The notes under the pieces were generated by a model. It ran no database searches, had not been told where the DNA came from, and saw only the letters and a program-made list of their open reading frames with translations. A stretch of DNA of 63,316 nt, counting the filler, from Folioceros fuciformis (lineage: Eukaryota), in NCBI GenBank assembly GCA_049999805.1. It is 8 parts of 8 records of this genome, joined end to end, with 100 filler letters (N's around TTAATTAATTAA, not from the genome) between each part and the next. Parts side by side here need not be neighbours in the genome. Positions count along the whole stretch, not along the records: positions 1 to 25,121 come from JBNGIO010001957.1; positions 25,222 to 34,098 come from JBNGIO010001962.1; 6 more parts are not named here. The stretch is one strand, 5' to 3'. Numbering within the stretch: the first letter of the stretch is position 1; each line of letters opens with the position of its first letter. A program made the translations under genes and the position numbers. Of the stretch, positions 13,650 to 26,099 are shown one piece after another.

Positions 13650-14812
13650 ATGGTGAGGATGGAGACGGGGTTGGTGGTGTTGGCGATGTTGGTGGTGTCG
13701 ATGATGGTGCCTGCCGACGCGCAATTGTCTGTGGGGTTCTACAGAAAAGTGTGCCCGCCGAAGGTGAACGTGGAATCGATCATCACCAAATCCATCACGG
13801 CGTCTTTCAAAGCGGACTCTGGGACGGCCCCGGGGGTGCTGCGCATGCACTTCCACGATTGCTTCGTCAATGGCTGCGATGGATCGGTGCTCGTGACCTC
13901 CACTCCCAGCAACACGGCGGAGCGAGACGCTCCGCCCAACAGGTCGCTGCGGGGATTCCAGGCCATCTTTGACGCCAAGACGGCAGTGGAGGCGGCGTGT
14001 CCTGGGAAGGTCTCGTGCGCGGACATTTTGGCGTACGCTGCTCGGGATGTGGTGGCTCTGGTCTGATTATCGATTCCCTACCTCAGCATGTTTCTGCAAG
14101 CGTTGTTGCCGTCATGGCTTACGTACGTGGATTGCTTTCCTGACTGTGGAATGGTGGGATGAATCTGTTTTGCAGTCAGGAGGTCCGAAGTACGCAGTCC
14201 CAGGGGGCCGGAGGGACGGTCTCACCTCTCTCAGCTCGGACGTGACCGGCAAACTCCCCGGCCCGCAATCCACAGTGTCCCAGCTCGTGGATATCTTTGC
14301 GAGCAACGGGCTCGACACCAACGAGATGGTCGCCCTCTCTGGTGAGCGGCCTGGACTCCGGCCGGCATGTCCAGGAGTGCGAGCTTGTTTCTTATGCGCA
14401 GGAAAATTAATGTCTTTTGTGTGAAAATGCAGGGGGGCACACGATCGGAGTGGCCAACTGTGCATCATTCTTCTTCAGGCTCTCGCCTCCGGACCCCACT
14501 TTAAACAGCACGTTGCTTGCAAAACTTCAGCCTCTCTGTCCCACCAGTTCCACCGCAGCCCAGTGGCCCATGGATACGACCAGCACTAAATTCGACAACG
14601 CTTACTACAAGGGCTTGGAAATTGCAGATGGCATTTTCCAGTCTGACCAGAACCTGTTCATCGACAGCTCAACCAACAGCCAGACCGTGTTATTCGCCAA
14701 GTCCCAGGCCGTCTTCTTCTCCAAGTTCGTCTCAGCCATTGTGAAAATGGGCTCCAACGGCGTCCTCACAGGCACAGCAGGACAAATCCGTGCCGATTGC
14801 TCCATCGTCTGA
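13650..14812 (+). CDS. Class III secretory peroxidase (318 aa, 3 exons)
   Basis: Exons 13650-14060, 14176-14341 and 14433-14812. Signal peptide ending ADA-QLSVGFY; distal motif LRMHFHDCFVNGCDGS; VSCADILAYAARD; GRRDG; proximal MVALSGGHTIG; FDNAYY; GQIRADC. Confidence 0.97.
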
Positions 14813-15139
14813 ACACTTTGAATCCTCCTCCTGAATGCATGATTTTGTGACACACCCAAGGACCCCATATCCAATACACCACGATCGCATATGCGTGCTG
14901 TACTGATTTTCTTTCACCCTTAAGTGTAGCCACATTGGAGACGATCCACTCTGAATAGCAGCATCTGGAGTGAGGACACTCTGAGGATGGCCTATCGGAA
15001 CTCTTGACTACGATCCGCGCTCAGAACTGACGTTGCTCAGGTCGGAAATAAAATACTGAAGCTGTATTGATAACGCTATAAGTTGATAGTCACATTTCTT
15101 GACCGTCTTGACTATATATCATAGTTAATCAACGAGGTC

Positions 15140-15292
15140 TTCTGTATTGTCAGGACCCAAGTCTGTGCCACCCATGCCCTGTAATTTCGTCGACACCCTT
15201 GTAGAGATTCTGAAACCGTGCCCATGTTTTGTCGACTTGGACACGACCCATGTTTTGTTGACTTGGACACGACTTGATAAGAACCGAGGCCC
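15140..15292. repeat. Short repeat or MITE-like remnant with internal direct repeat
   Basis: ccatgttttgt(c/t)gacttggacacgac occurs twice (~15221-15273). The motif caacaaaacatggg recurs in the opposite orientation at ~11077-11090. Confidence 0.45.
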
Positions 15293-16671
15293 TTTATCAT
15301 CTGTAGAGACACACTTCGGCATCTCCGACTGATTTCAGTGGGTGGCCAATGGCAGAACAGCACAGCAAGTCGAGCGTATTCCTGAAGAGGCAGACGAAAG
15401 TGGATGGCTGCAAGCTTGCAAAGGTGGCATGCACTTCACGCTCTGAAGGCAACTGAGAACATACTTCCTCTTGGATGACACGTCTCAGGCCTTGAGGCGG
15501 GTGACGTCACATGACAAACTGATATGCGCTTCACATCCTTGCAAGGTGCTTGTTCCTAATCTCAGAACTCGCTAGACTATGCACAGTTCCCAGTCACTGC
15601 GATTACATACAAAATTGAGGCCACAGACGCACACCAGCCGGTGCAGTCAGGGATATTTTGGTACTCTCGTGCGAAGAACGTCCTGGACACTTTGTGCCTT
15701 CGGACAGCGCACTTTCGGACATAGCACTCTCACATTGAGTGCGTGCACCACCCTCTACCGCGCGATGGACCCCATGTGGGGCACCCACAAGAATATATGG
15801 AACTGGTGTTGGCAAACCAGTCCACCTCACAAAGTTGGAACAGGTCCCCTGCAGTACAAGTCCCATCATGGAGCCCCTGATATATCCAGCGGAGTTGCAA
15901 TAAATTTGTGCTAAATCCCCTTTCCGTCCATTTTCGATGCATCTTTATCTATCGTTAACCAAAAAGTGAAATTACTCTGGGCATCATGACGACAAGGCCG
16001 ACGAGCTCTGCCCATCACGTCATCGGAAAAACGATCCATGCGTGAATCCGACCTTCACATTTTTCGAAGCAATCTGCTCAGCACCATCTCGATGACAGAT
16101 ATAGCGACATGAGAAGAACCTGCAGAATCACAGTCGCACGTTGAGGCGGGCGATTGCTTGTACTGAACAGCTAGCTAGCCCTCGTGGTAGGTAGCCCGCC
16201 CGGAGCTTTGGCGCAGACCTGCATGTCCTTGGCCACGTGCGGATCTTTCGAGTGCCAGCCAGCAGATGGAGTTTAAGACATGCTCTTCAGGAGCGCGTTC
16301 CTCTGTCTTCTCGCAGACTGCAGTCGGTTTTATGTGGCTCCCATCAGATCGTTGTGATGGTTTTCTCTCAAACACTCAACAAGGGCGCTTGCCGGGTCCC
16401 AGGGGGAATTCAAGTTGACTCTCCCATTGACGCCATGAGGAGTAGTGCGCTCTATTGAAAGCCACTAGGCTGAATGCTAGTAGGGATCAGCGACAGAAAG
16501 TTCAAAACTGAAAAAAAAAGGAAGAATGCGGAGGTCAACCTGGAGAGCCAGCTATGGTGCCCGTACTCAGCACCATCTGCATCGAACACTCTTGAGGACA
16601 GCCATGGTTTGATCTGGGTAGTGGGGCCCGTGCGGCCAGGACAGCCATTCAGTTACCAGTAGCCTACGCTT

Positions 16672-17684
16672 TTATCCAAACTCGCTGACAAACTTCTCTT
16701 CTGCATGATTGATTACAGGTTGCGTTCATGGGCTTAGCACAACTGTAAACAGGGAAGATATGCATTCTCAGTGGAATGTAAGCGTGAGATTACAGCTCAT
16801 ATTACCTGGAAGCCCTACACCCCTGTTTGCCAAGCCATCAGCTGCCGCATTGCTCTCCTGCCAGACGTATCAGGTAAAACAATATCAATATAAGCACGTC
16901 TTTCGGGGAAGATCATCTATATGCGCTATATTCACGCGACCTACAAGAAGATGAAAACCATGGCTGTTCTCAAGAGTCATCGAAACACCCACCCTAAAAA
17001 CGTGGACGATCTTGCATTTGGCAAACTTCCCTTTGAGCCACTGTGCCTCTTTACACAGAACTGCCAAATGTGGCTTGTTGACTTTCCACTCACCGTTGAC
17101 CTGAAACGGACCAGCACAGTGACGGTCACTATGTCCACACGGACAAACACGGAGCATTAGCACCTTCTCTTCTGTACCGCACCTGTTTGCAGACAAGGTC
17201 CGAATCCCCTTTGACTGTTAGATGAGTGATTCCACGTTCCAGAGCAGCCCTCATCCCAGCAATCAAGCCCCGATACTCTGCCACATTGTTCGTTGTTCTG
17301 CCCAACCCCAGGGACTTCTCAAAGATCTGCCCATGAGCCAGACCAGAACTAAGTTATTACAACAATTGATGCTCCAAGGCCGACGATATGTAGTTTACAC
17401 TTACCACTATGCCACTTGGATCCTTAAGAAGTGCACCAGCACCAGCAGGACCAGGGTTGCCCTTTGCGGCACCGTCATACTCCAAAGTGTACTCGCCCTA
17501 TCATGAGGAGCATCCGTCAGACACAAGGCATGCACTGCATCTCCTTGGTGTCAGAAACATATGCTACCTTATTCTGAGCAAGACATGCTGCTCCAAACAA
17601 TCCCGTACGATGCACCTTGGTCTCTTTTCCGCGTTGAGGCACTTCAGAATCAAAAGGGGGAAGCTGCCTTTTCAACGAGGAACC
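16672..17684 (-). CDS. RNH1: Plant-type ribonuclease H1 (core exons certain; N-terminal exons uncertain, possibly reaching ~18004)
   Basis: Exons 17497-17405 (GEYTLEYDGAAKGNPGPAGAGALLKDPSG), 17326-17183 (GRTTNNVAEYRGLIAG...VKGDSDLVCKQ), 17100-16993 (VNGEWKV...IVHVFR), 16857-16806 (ESNAAADGLANRG) and 16700-16672 (stop). All are GT-AG and in phase, and the D-E-D-D catalytic residues are intact. Confidence 0.92.
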
Positions 17685-18633
17685 CTGCCTGGCCTCTTGA
17701 GCTGGTTCTCAATTACTTGCCACTCAAGCTTTTTCCAAATAAGCCAATTTTGACAAGGAAGAGTTGCTCATACCTGCTTCAGATGGGGAGCTAGGAGCTC
17801 GCGGAGACTCCCCGGCCGAGCGCTCTCTGTGACGTGCAAGTGCACTCAGATTACTCCGGACTCTTCTCGGATCCTGTGGAAGCACAACACATAACCTAAG
17901 GCCCGCAAACGCATGACAGACGATAGGTTGCAACGGCAACATGCACAGCTTACACTGGGATCCACTGTGAAAACGAACAAACTGCTATCCATCCTGTTGT
18001 CCATAGCTCATCAACTTCTCGTCCATTCAGCCCTCGGGTCACCCGCTACGTCAAAGCGAAGTTCCCCAGTTTCTCCCTTCGTTGATGCCGCTGTTCCGGA
18101 TTCCGCAGCCTCGCCGCAGAACCCTTCATTTCTTCGCTTGTCGAATAACTATACGTAGCTCGAACATACGCTGGGAATACAACGGACGACGGCAACCTCA
18201 AGGCACCCGTGACTTTCGCGCTGCCACCTCACCAACGAGACCAGCTTGCTGTGTCCATCGCAACGGAGCCCAAGAGGGTATCAACTCAGGTGCATACAGG
18301 TAGTTCCCCACAATTCATAGCCGATTTGCCCCCATCGTTTGTTTAAAGGCTGCTTGGGTATTAGCAAGACGAATGCAAGTTGAATTTCAGAAGGACGGAT
18401 ACACAAACCCAGCATCTTGTTGCTGAATATTTCTACCCTCTAGCCACCTGGACCATGGTAGGGATCCAGAATCTTTCAACTCTGTACAGATGACTGACGA
18501 GACGTGAATCCGGCATGGATGCAGATATCACAGCCACGGGTCATTTTGCAAAAGGACTCACGACCCTCTATATACATACAAGACAAGAGCGGGGAAGCCC
18601 TGGTGTGCTGAAGCTGGATGCCAAGATGCTCTC

Positions 18634-19336
18634 TCATGAAGGAGGTGGCCCAACAATGATAACCATGTACACAAACAACCCAAGGATGACTCCAACGCCT
18701 GCGTAAGTGAATCTAGGATCTGTCCAAGCACCCAGAGCCGATCTCTCGGTCTTGCGCAACGGATCAATTTCTTCTCTCAAGGGATAGTCAGACCGGGTCG
18801 GCCGGCGACTGACATACTTCTCCATATCGATCTTGAAGGGATTCACTTTCTTCTGCTTACGGTAGCTGGACCAAGCATTGTCCCAGTCCACTGGTGGTGT
18901 CTCACCTGCAAAGAGAGCCCACAGGAATCCATCATCTAAACTGTGACATCCAGGGGACAAGTGGCTGACACAACCTCATGATCACACTGAGAAGCCCCAA
19001 CTCACTTGCCTTTCCCCTTGTCACTGCTGTCTTGTCTATCCGACCCGCTCCCCGACGTCGTAGGTGCCCTCCTAACTTTCCTGCTTGGGGACCGCTCGCA
19101 AAGCTGAATTGCCTGCAGGGTAGCAAGAAGCGTCATATCCCTAGGAGGCCAACCCGTCGAATCCCAAGCTAGGACGTGCGAGGGAGGAAAGAGCATCGTG
19201 AGCGGAGGCCCCGTCTTTCGTGAGCCACGAACTCCAGGCATCGCCAGTGAACAGGGAAGAACGAGGGGCTCACCTGACACGGCTGCACCAAGTGCTGGGC
19301 GGCGGCCAGCCTGCTCCCCACAGCTACGGAGGCCAT
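18634..19336 (-). CDS. Conserved plant protein of unknown function, probably plastid-targeted, with a C-terminal transmembrane helix (145 aa, 3 exons)
   Basis: Exons 19336-19274, 19112-19010 (GC donor) and 18905-18634. MASVAVGSRLAAA transit-like start; VDWDNAWSSYRKQ...YPLREEIDPLRKTERSALGAWTDPRFTYAGVGVILGLFVYMVIIVGPPPS*. Confidence 0.75.
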
Positions 19337-19948
19337 ACCCCTTCCTCAGCCCCGTACCAAGTCTGCGTCTCGCAGAGAGTTGTTGGAGCAGGTCACTACC
19401 AGGGCCCCCGGGGAGGGCTGTTCGTCCTGTGCTCCCCTCTGGCCTGGAGCTTGGCCTGCAACCAAGGTTGTCAGGCACGGCAGCAAACTCCAAGTGAATC
19501 TTGAGCCTCAAGTGAATCTGACGCGAAATCTAGTCACATCGCTGTTGCTTTACACAAGCCCGTAGAACAAATGCAATTGAGAGTTTAAGCTTCCATAAGC
19601 TGGATGGCACTGCAGTAATCGTGTGCGGGAGTATCGACTCAAGCAGGCTCCATGCCGCGGACGAGGGGAATCGCATCTATTGCTTGGAATAGGGCAAGCC
19701 GTGCCCTACTTCTTGCCGAGGGCAAGAGATGGACGTAGGGTAAGGGTCTTCGAGCCCCGCAGGACGCGCTACCTTGCGTGTGAAAAGATTGTTGCATAGC
19801 TGTCCCGAAATTTTCCACGTTAAGCTTTCTTCAACAAACACGGCTGTTCCAAAAGGGAACGATCTACAGTCTGGTCACGATCAACACAAAAGGGAGTCTA
19901 CTCCAATGTTCTTCTGCCGTCACTACACTCATCTAAACTTCACACCAT

Positions 19949-22522
19949 CTACTGCGGCCTGTTGTCTTCATCTCCATGAGCAAACCAGCAATTAGGGCCA
20001 AATCGGCACGTGCCTCTCATCCAATACTGGCAAATCTGTTGTCCGGAAGCGGCTGTGCCTACCGGATCCCGAGCAACAGTGACAATCGATTCCTCGCCTG
20101 AAGTAGTCGGGGCCAAATCCGCCGTCACTAGCCCATCGGTTCTACGCAAGGTTGCCCCACGATTCCTAGGCAGGGATGCCCTGGCCCTAGGGCTCCTAGG
20201 CAAGGCTTCCCTAGAGGGCACTTGGAAGACTGGCACAACGCGCCCAGGCAAGACTGACCCATCGGGCCCATAGTTGAGTAGTGGCCTCTGGGGCCTGTTG
20301 TAAACGACTGGCCCGTTGGGCCCATAGAAGATTGTCCCAGGGGGCAGAGGGAAGCCTTGCGGTTGGGGCCCGGTCAAGAGTGGCAGATAGGGCCCAGGGA
20401 AGACTGGCGGTTCGGGCCCAGGCAAGACCGGCGGGTCGGACCCAGGCAAGACCGGCGGGTCGGGCCCAGGCAAGACCGGTGGGTCGGGCCCAGGCAAGAC
20501 TTGCGGCTCGGGCTGAGGCAAGACTAGAGGGTCGGGCCCAGGCAACGCTGCCCCATCGGGCCGCCCATAGTAGACTACCTCATTGCCCCTTGCCCTTACT
20601 AGCGGAGGGACCCAAGGGACGATGCCCAATCCGGGTGCGACTAATTCACGCATAGCTAACGCATCCATCTCCCGCAAAATGTTCATCTCTTCAATATCAC
20701 ATCTACAGGTCCGCTCCCTGTTTATCCATGGTTCTCCACATTTGTAACAAAACTCGTGGCCACACCTGTCAGTGAGCAAGCAGAAGGCACCATTAGCAGA
20801 TATCTAACAGAAGAAACAGAATGGCACAGCTTCTGTATGTGACACTTGGGATGGATCAAGAACTCACACGCATTTCAAATGAAAGCAACCGTCTACCAAC
20901 TCGATCATGCGATTGCAATTCCCACAACGCTGCCAGTTCAAGTCCTTGGCAAGCTCCAACAGCTTTCCTTCTCCGGCGTATTTGAGGTCATGAGGTAGCG
21001 ATTGATACTCTTCACAGCTCATCAGACCGTGCCAGGGAACTTTGCAAGTAACACAGAAGGATCTAGAGCAAGAGCGGCATTCCATCCTGACGGGGGATCC
21101 AGCTTCTGCACCACTGGTTGAGCTGGCCAGTCCACTGACGTCCACATCCCGTCTCGACATGAGTGCAGAACAATTTGGATATGGACAGTATATCCGGTCT
21201 GCCTCAGGAATGGCTGCTTCTGCCTGTCTCATGCTCAGTTTTTCAAACATACTAGGAGATAAGAGCACTCTGCACTCTTCTGCCGACAGGGTTTTGGTGC
21301 ATTGCACATACGGACACGTTATAAATAGTGGCCTTGCCTCCATTCGGCAACCAGCATGTTGCCTCATACAATTCTCACAGAATGAGTGACCACACTCCTG
21401 CACCACGAACATCTCACTCGAGGATTTGTCCTCCATACATATTTCACATCTCTCCAGCTTCACATCAGATGAAAAAGCACTAGCACTAGCACTAGCACTC
21501 GCACTGGCACTAGCACTAGCACAGGCACTAGCACTGGCACTAGCACTAGCACTAGCAGCACCGCCGTCGACGTCCCTTGTTTCAACAGTTGGACTCTTGT
21601 CCCGCAGTCTTCCTCCTTTGGCAGCCACTTCCGCCAAGCGACATGCAGCAGCGTTGGCTTCCGTAGAGACAAGAACCACTTTAAATGTCCTGAGGTCCCT
21701 TACGTGATCAAAAACCCTCCTCCACTGCTCGTACTCATCCCGAAATTCTACTCTCCGCACACCAGTGAGCTGCCACAATGTCAAAAACTCTGTTAGCAGA
21801 CGGCACAGACATGCATTGTGGCACTGAGCAGAAACACCAGACTGAAGCGATTTAAAGCCACATATATCCAACACTCAAACACTAATTACCTGATCGCACA
21901 CCAGCTCCGAGCACGCATACACACGAACATCCGTAACGTCAACGTCTACGGCAAACTCTAATCCATCAATCAGGGCTAGATAATATGCAACACGAGGTGT
22001 AACATTCCTTCCAACGTACTTGCTCCCAGCGCACGTAACCTGCCCATCGGGATCGACCAGAACCCATCCTATACCAGCAAACTTGTTGTCCAGCACGGTG
22101 CCATGGAAGAACAGTTTGGACGCGTCCGCGTCCGTCGCACGAGAGCTGCCCTTCACCCGAACGGTAGCGGACTCCTCATCCCTATCGCCCTGCTCGGGCC
22201 ACGCTTTCTTCCCTTCTTCTATGATGTTGTCCAAAACTTCCCAGTGACGCAGGCTCTGCTCCGAATTCTCAATGCCTTCCCCCGCGTCCCCAGCAGCTCG
22301 TCTGGAATCCAGGGCTTCCATATCCTCTCCATTTCGCTCATCATTCTGTAAATTAGCCGCCACAGAGACGTGCACGGTTCCAGCTACTCCCTCACCACCA
22401 GCTGCCAAATCGTCTTCCGTCAAATTCTGTTCTCTGGAAGCAACCGGCACCTCCACCTGCAGGCCCTCCTCCAGCATCGTATCCCCCAAACTCACGCGAT
22501 CCATATTCGCCTCCGGATTCAT
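19949..22522 (-). CDS. RBR (RING1-IBR-RING2) E3 ubiquitin ligase, RSL1/RFA-like, with degenerate RNase-H-like domain, Pro-rich repeats and C-terminal CCCH finger
   Basis: Exons ~22522-21890, 21769-20868 and 20765-19949. RING1 CEICMED...CGHSFCENC...CPYVQC; IBR YCPYPNCS...CRSCSRSFCVTCKVPWHGLMSC; RING2 CGNCNRMIELVDGCFHLKCVCGHEFCYKC; CCCH CQYWMRGTCRFGPNCWFAH. The start codon is tentative. Confidence 0.92.
21477..21560 (-). repeat. Coding hexamer microsatellite (GCTAGT)n encoding (AS)n
   Basis: gcactagcactagc... translates to ASASASASASACASASASASASASAS inside RBR exon 2. Confidence 0.9.
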
Positions 22523-22836
22523 CCCAACTGAGGCTGCCACGCTCAGCCTGCTGGCCGTTGTAGAGACCCCAACTGTCAAACTGTGAACTGCTTCCTTAGA
22601 CGCTGGTTCACAGGGCTCCACTGCAACATTGGTTAGTCAGGTTGTGGAGCGTTGGCTCAAGTGGGAGAAGAAATAACTTCTACGTTGCGAATCGGTGGAT
22701 GACGAAGTTCATACACGCAAGGACCTCTCTATGTATGCCCGTTCCATGCATTGGGCGCACGGGGCATACGTAGAGGCGCGTTCTTTCATCTGCCCTTTCT
22801 TTTCGTATCTCTGTCAACCGTCATCTTATTCAAAAC

Positions 22837-22973
22837 ACATACATATATATATACATATATATACATATATATATACATATATATATACATATATATATAC
22901 ATATATATACATATACATATATATATATATACATATACATATATATATACATATACATATATATATACATATA
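22837..22973. repeat. Compound (TA)n/(ACATAT)n microsatellite
   Basis: Continuous AT/AC dinucleotide run. Confidence 0.97.
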
Positions 22974-24960
22974 ATGATTATTTGAATCATATCACATAAA
23001 TTTTGTTCAGATCAAAAACTTATTAGAATTGTGCCAAGTAAGGCTCATGGATTGCTATTGAAGGATAATAACTAATTAATCTAGAAAAGATATAGCACGA
23101 AAGGAAAAAGATATAGCACGAAAGGAAAAGGTGAGGATGAATTTATACAAGACAACCACGGAATAATCAAGAGAGTAGATTTGAGCTTATCACAAGTAAC
23201 TAAATCATGTCATGACGATGTTTTGTCTTGTTTGTCCAGTACCTAACTTGCAATTGGAAAGAACTCTAATGCTCCCACAAAAGTTGTTGAACATAAAGCT
23301 TCCTTGATATGATTGGAGGTCGGAACCAGGCACCCACATGGACTATATTACCAACCTAATTGCCAACAAAACAAGGGATAGGAATTTGATCACACTTGCC
23401 CACATAATGTTTACAATGGTATGGTTTCTCAAGTCACTATTCTTATGGCCTTTGATCTCTTACAAATCAAAGAAGAGTTGTTGTGGGCTTCGGTTGAGGC
23501 ATCACATACTAAACAAGATTGCAAACCTTAAGATCAAGGTTATTTAGGGAAGGAGCACCAAAATCATCTAGACTAGGATGATGATCATGAAGCAAATCTA
23601 GTCTAATTGGCTAATAGACTGCACAAGCATAATTTGAATCAGCACACGCATCTTACCAAGAGATAGATCAAATTGCGGAATATGAAGATTGTCCACAACA
23701 TCTACTAAAAAACAAGGGATGAAAGATTGGAAACCTTGCTATATCTAAATCTACTTTAGATCCCACCCCACGCAAGTTTAAGAGGAAGGACTAGAGGCAA
23801 GTTGGCCTCCTCACGCCTATGGAGAGGGGTAAAGTATTTCAATTAGCACCTTTGTCAACCTTGGGGCCTAGGCTTGGTTAACTCTCTATTCATCTCCAAT
23901 CCTAAGATTATATGTTTTCTCTATAGTAGGCTAGGGTGTAACCATTAAAGTAATTTGTTTTAGGTCCTCATCCAATCCATGTGCCTTTCTACAACAAGAC
24001 CTGTCATAATCTAAACTTTCTTCCACAAAAACATGTGAATAAAAAATATTGGTAATTTGAAATACTTAAAGATAATCCAAGTTATGGTTCACACGTATCT
24101 AGGCTTCGAAAGGAGTTACTTCTCGAAGAGATGAAACTATAGTTTTCTTCTATAGACATGCTACAGTAGACACTTAAACATTTGCAACCCAAAAATAAAT
24201 TGATAGCCTTCCTAGATACAATAGAGAGCGAAAAACAATCTGGATAATGCAATGTTTGCTCTCTACTCTTCCATTGCAACATTTTGGATAGTGCAATGGT
24301 TGCTCCCGGCCTTTCCAATGTAATATTTCCTTTGCACTTTTCTATTGCAAAATCTTGAATAGTGTAATGTTTGCTATGTTCCCATCCATTGTACCATTTT
24401 GAATAATGCAATGTCTACTTTCTATTTTTCCATTCATATATCTAAATATTAATGACATAGGATAGTAAGCTGCTGTGTAATGCCTTTATTTTGATAAGTT
24501 TTATCAAGAGTAAATTATCATAGAACACGGTCTGCACCTAACGGTCGGATTCTGCCATATCGAGCTTCGAATGAAACTATTGGGTAATTTTTGTGGCACA
24601 TACTCATGACTTTGTCAGCTCTCTATGCAACATGTAGAAATGAACCCTAAAATGTTGATGTCGTACTTCCATTTCTTCATGAACGCAATTGCAAACAGCA
24701 AAATTGTGGGTGTGTTACAGCAAAAGTGTTACAACAATGTCATAAGGAAATCAATATTTGAAAAGGTAGATGGCAGCCACCACATCGAAGTTCTTATTAT
24801 TTAATTGAAAAATAAAAGGACAAGTTTAAAAATAAATATGTCGAGCGGGCCTAGGTTTTGGGAAACATGATTAAACATGGATAATTGATTGGGATATCAT
24901 TGTTTCCAAAATGTACGAAACATGCTTTGTGGAATACGACCATTTAGCGTAAATTTTGTC

Positions 24961-25121
24961 AGTAGTTTTAAACTATTGAAATGCAATAGAAAGGTACATT
25001 TTAGCATTAGCATTGCGAGTAGTTTTAAACTATTGAAATGCAATAGAAAGGTACATTTTAGCATTAGCATTGCGAGTAGTTTTAAACTATTGAAATGCAA
25101 TAGAAAGGTACATTTTAGCAT
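24961..25121. repeat. Perfect 57-bp tandem repeat (at least 2.8 copies, running into the gap)
   Basis: agtagttttaaactattgaaatgcaatagaaaggtacattttagcattagcattgcg starts at 24961, 25018 and 25075. Confidence 0.95.
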
Positions 25122-25221
25122 NNNNNNNNNNNNNNNNNNNNNNNNNNNNNNNNNNNNNNNNNNNNTTAATTAATTAANNNNNNNNNNNNNNNNNNNNNNN
25201 NNNNNNNNNNNNNNNNNNNNN
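25122..25221. other. Artificial contig spacer N44-TTAATTAATTAA-N44 (identical spacers at 34099-34198, 38887-38986, 43197-43296, 49605-49704, 54039-54138, 60131-60230)
   Basis: The same 100-bp structure occurs seven times, and the 12-mer places stops in all six frames. Confidence 0.97.
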
Positions 25222-26099
25222 AAATTCTTAGGAATCCTTGGACATTTGTGGAGGACTGTGGAAGGTCGCTGAAGTTGCTGTAAGTTTGCTGGAAGAGCTG
25301 GAAACATTGCTGGAGAAGTGAAGAGAAAATGGTTGAGAAGTTGCTGGAGAATGGAGAAAAAGTGCTGAAGATTTGGATGCGAATCCTGGAGAATTTATGC
25401 AAGATTTTGAGGTGTTTGAGAGCAGTTGTGGGAGTTTGTTGAAGCCCATGAGGGATTGTGAAGGATTTGTTGAAGATTGGTGGTCATTGCTGGAGATTGG
25501 AGCCCTTGGGGGCAGGCCTGTGAGAATAATTGTGAAACAGAGCTCTTGTGTGTGTTTTGTGTGTGAGGGGAGTGTTGCATGAGTGTGTGGGGAGGTATGG
25601 CTGATCCACAAGGCTTCGTTCCCCAAGGATTAACCCTTGCATGTGTGAGGAGCATGGAATAAGCCAGCTCTGTGAGTCTAGAAGGTCTAGGGCAAAAACC
25701 CGCCGCGGCTCTTGCGCCAAAAATAATTAGTTAGGGTTTGGGGTGGGACCCACCACGGTAGTGGAAAGATGGCGGAAGTTGTCGAATAGTAGTTGAGATC
25801 CTCCGGGGTAGTTGAATGGACCCCCTCCCCGGTAGTCGAGGGAGTCTGAGAGGTAGTGCAGAGCCGAGGTAGCTAAGTCGCAACGGAGGTAGCTGAGTCG
25901 CGACAAAGGTAGAGATAGTTGAATGGTAGGTAGACGAGTGGCAGGCAAGTAGAGGCTGATCTTGGGTAGTAACTGACTTTGTGAGAAAACCTGTGTTATT
26001 TGACACAAATCATTCCCTTGGGATTGAATCCTAGTGCTATAACGACATAGAGGGCTTGTGTGGACCTCGCAGTACCCCCGGCTGCAATATTTTCCAGCA
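25222..26099 (-). mobile_element. LTR-like repeat family B, copy 1; abuts and truncates the methyltransferase
   Basis: Shares long blocks with 54139-54931 (e.g. cccttgggggcaggcctg, aataattagttagggtttggg, atcattcccttggga...acgacatagagggcttgtgtggacctcgc.gtacccccgg). The boundary is approximate. Confidence 0.75.

Noticed and set aside
14940-16660. Short ORFs and splice-like sites between the peroxidase and RNase H1
   Set aside because: Could not be assembled into a coherent reading frame; likely UTR or intergenic.
22695-22999. ORFs rich in YIYI/HIYI
   Set aside because: Translation of the TA microsatellite.
23000-24950. Possible decayed LINE or other TE
   Set aside because: AT-rich with many stops and no diagnostic RT or endonuclease motif found by eye.
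24961-25121. Repeats here, at 3545-4135 and at 57593-57670 considered as CRISPR-like arrays
   Set aside because: Head-to-tail units without unique spacers, no cas genes, and a eukaryotic context.
25166-25177. TTAATTAATTAA as a biological motif, and ORFs ending in LIN
   Set aside because: Artificial linker between N runs.
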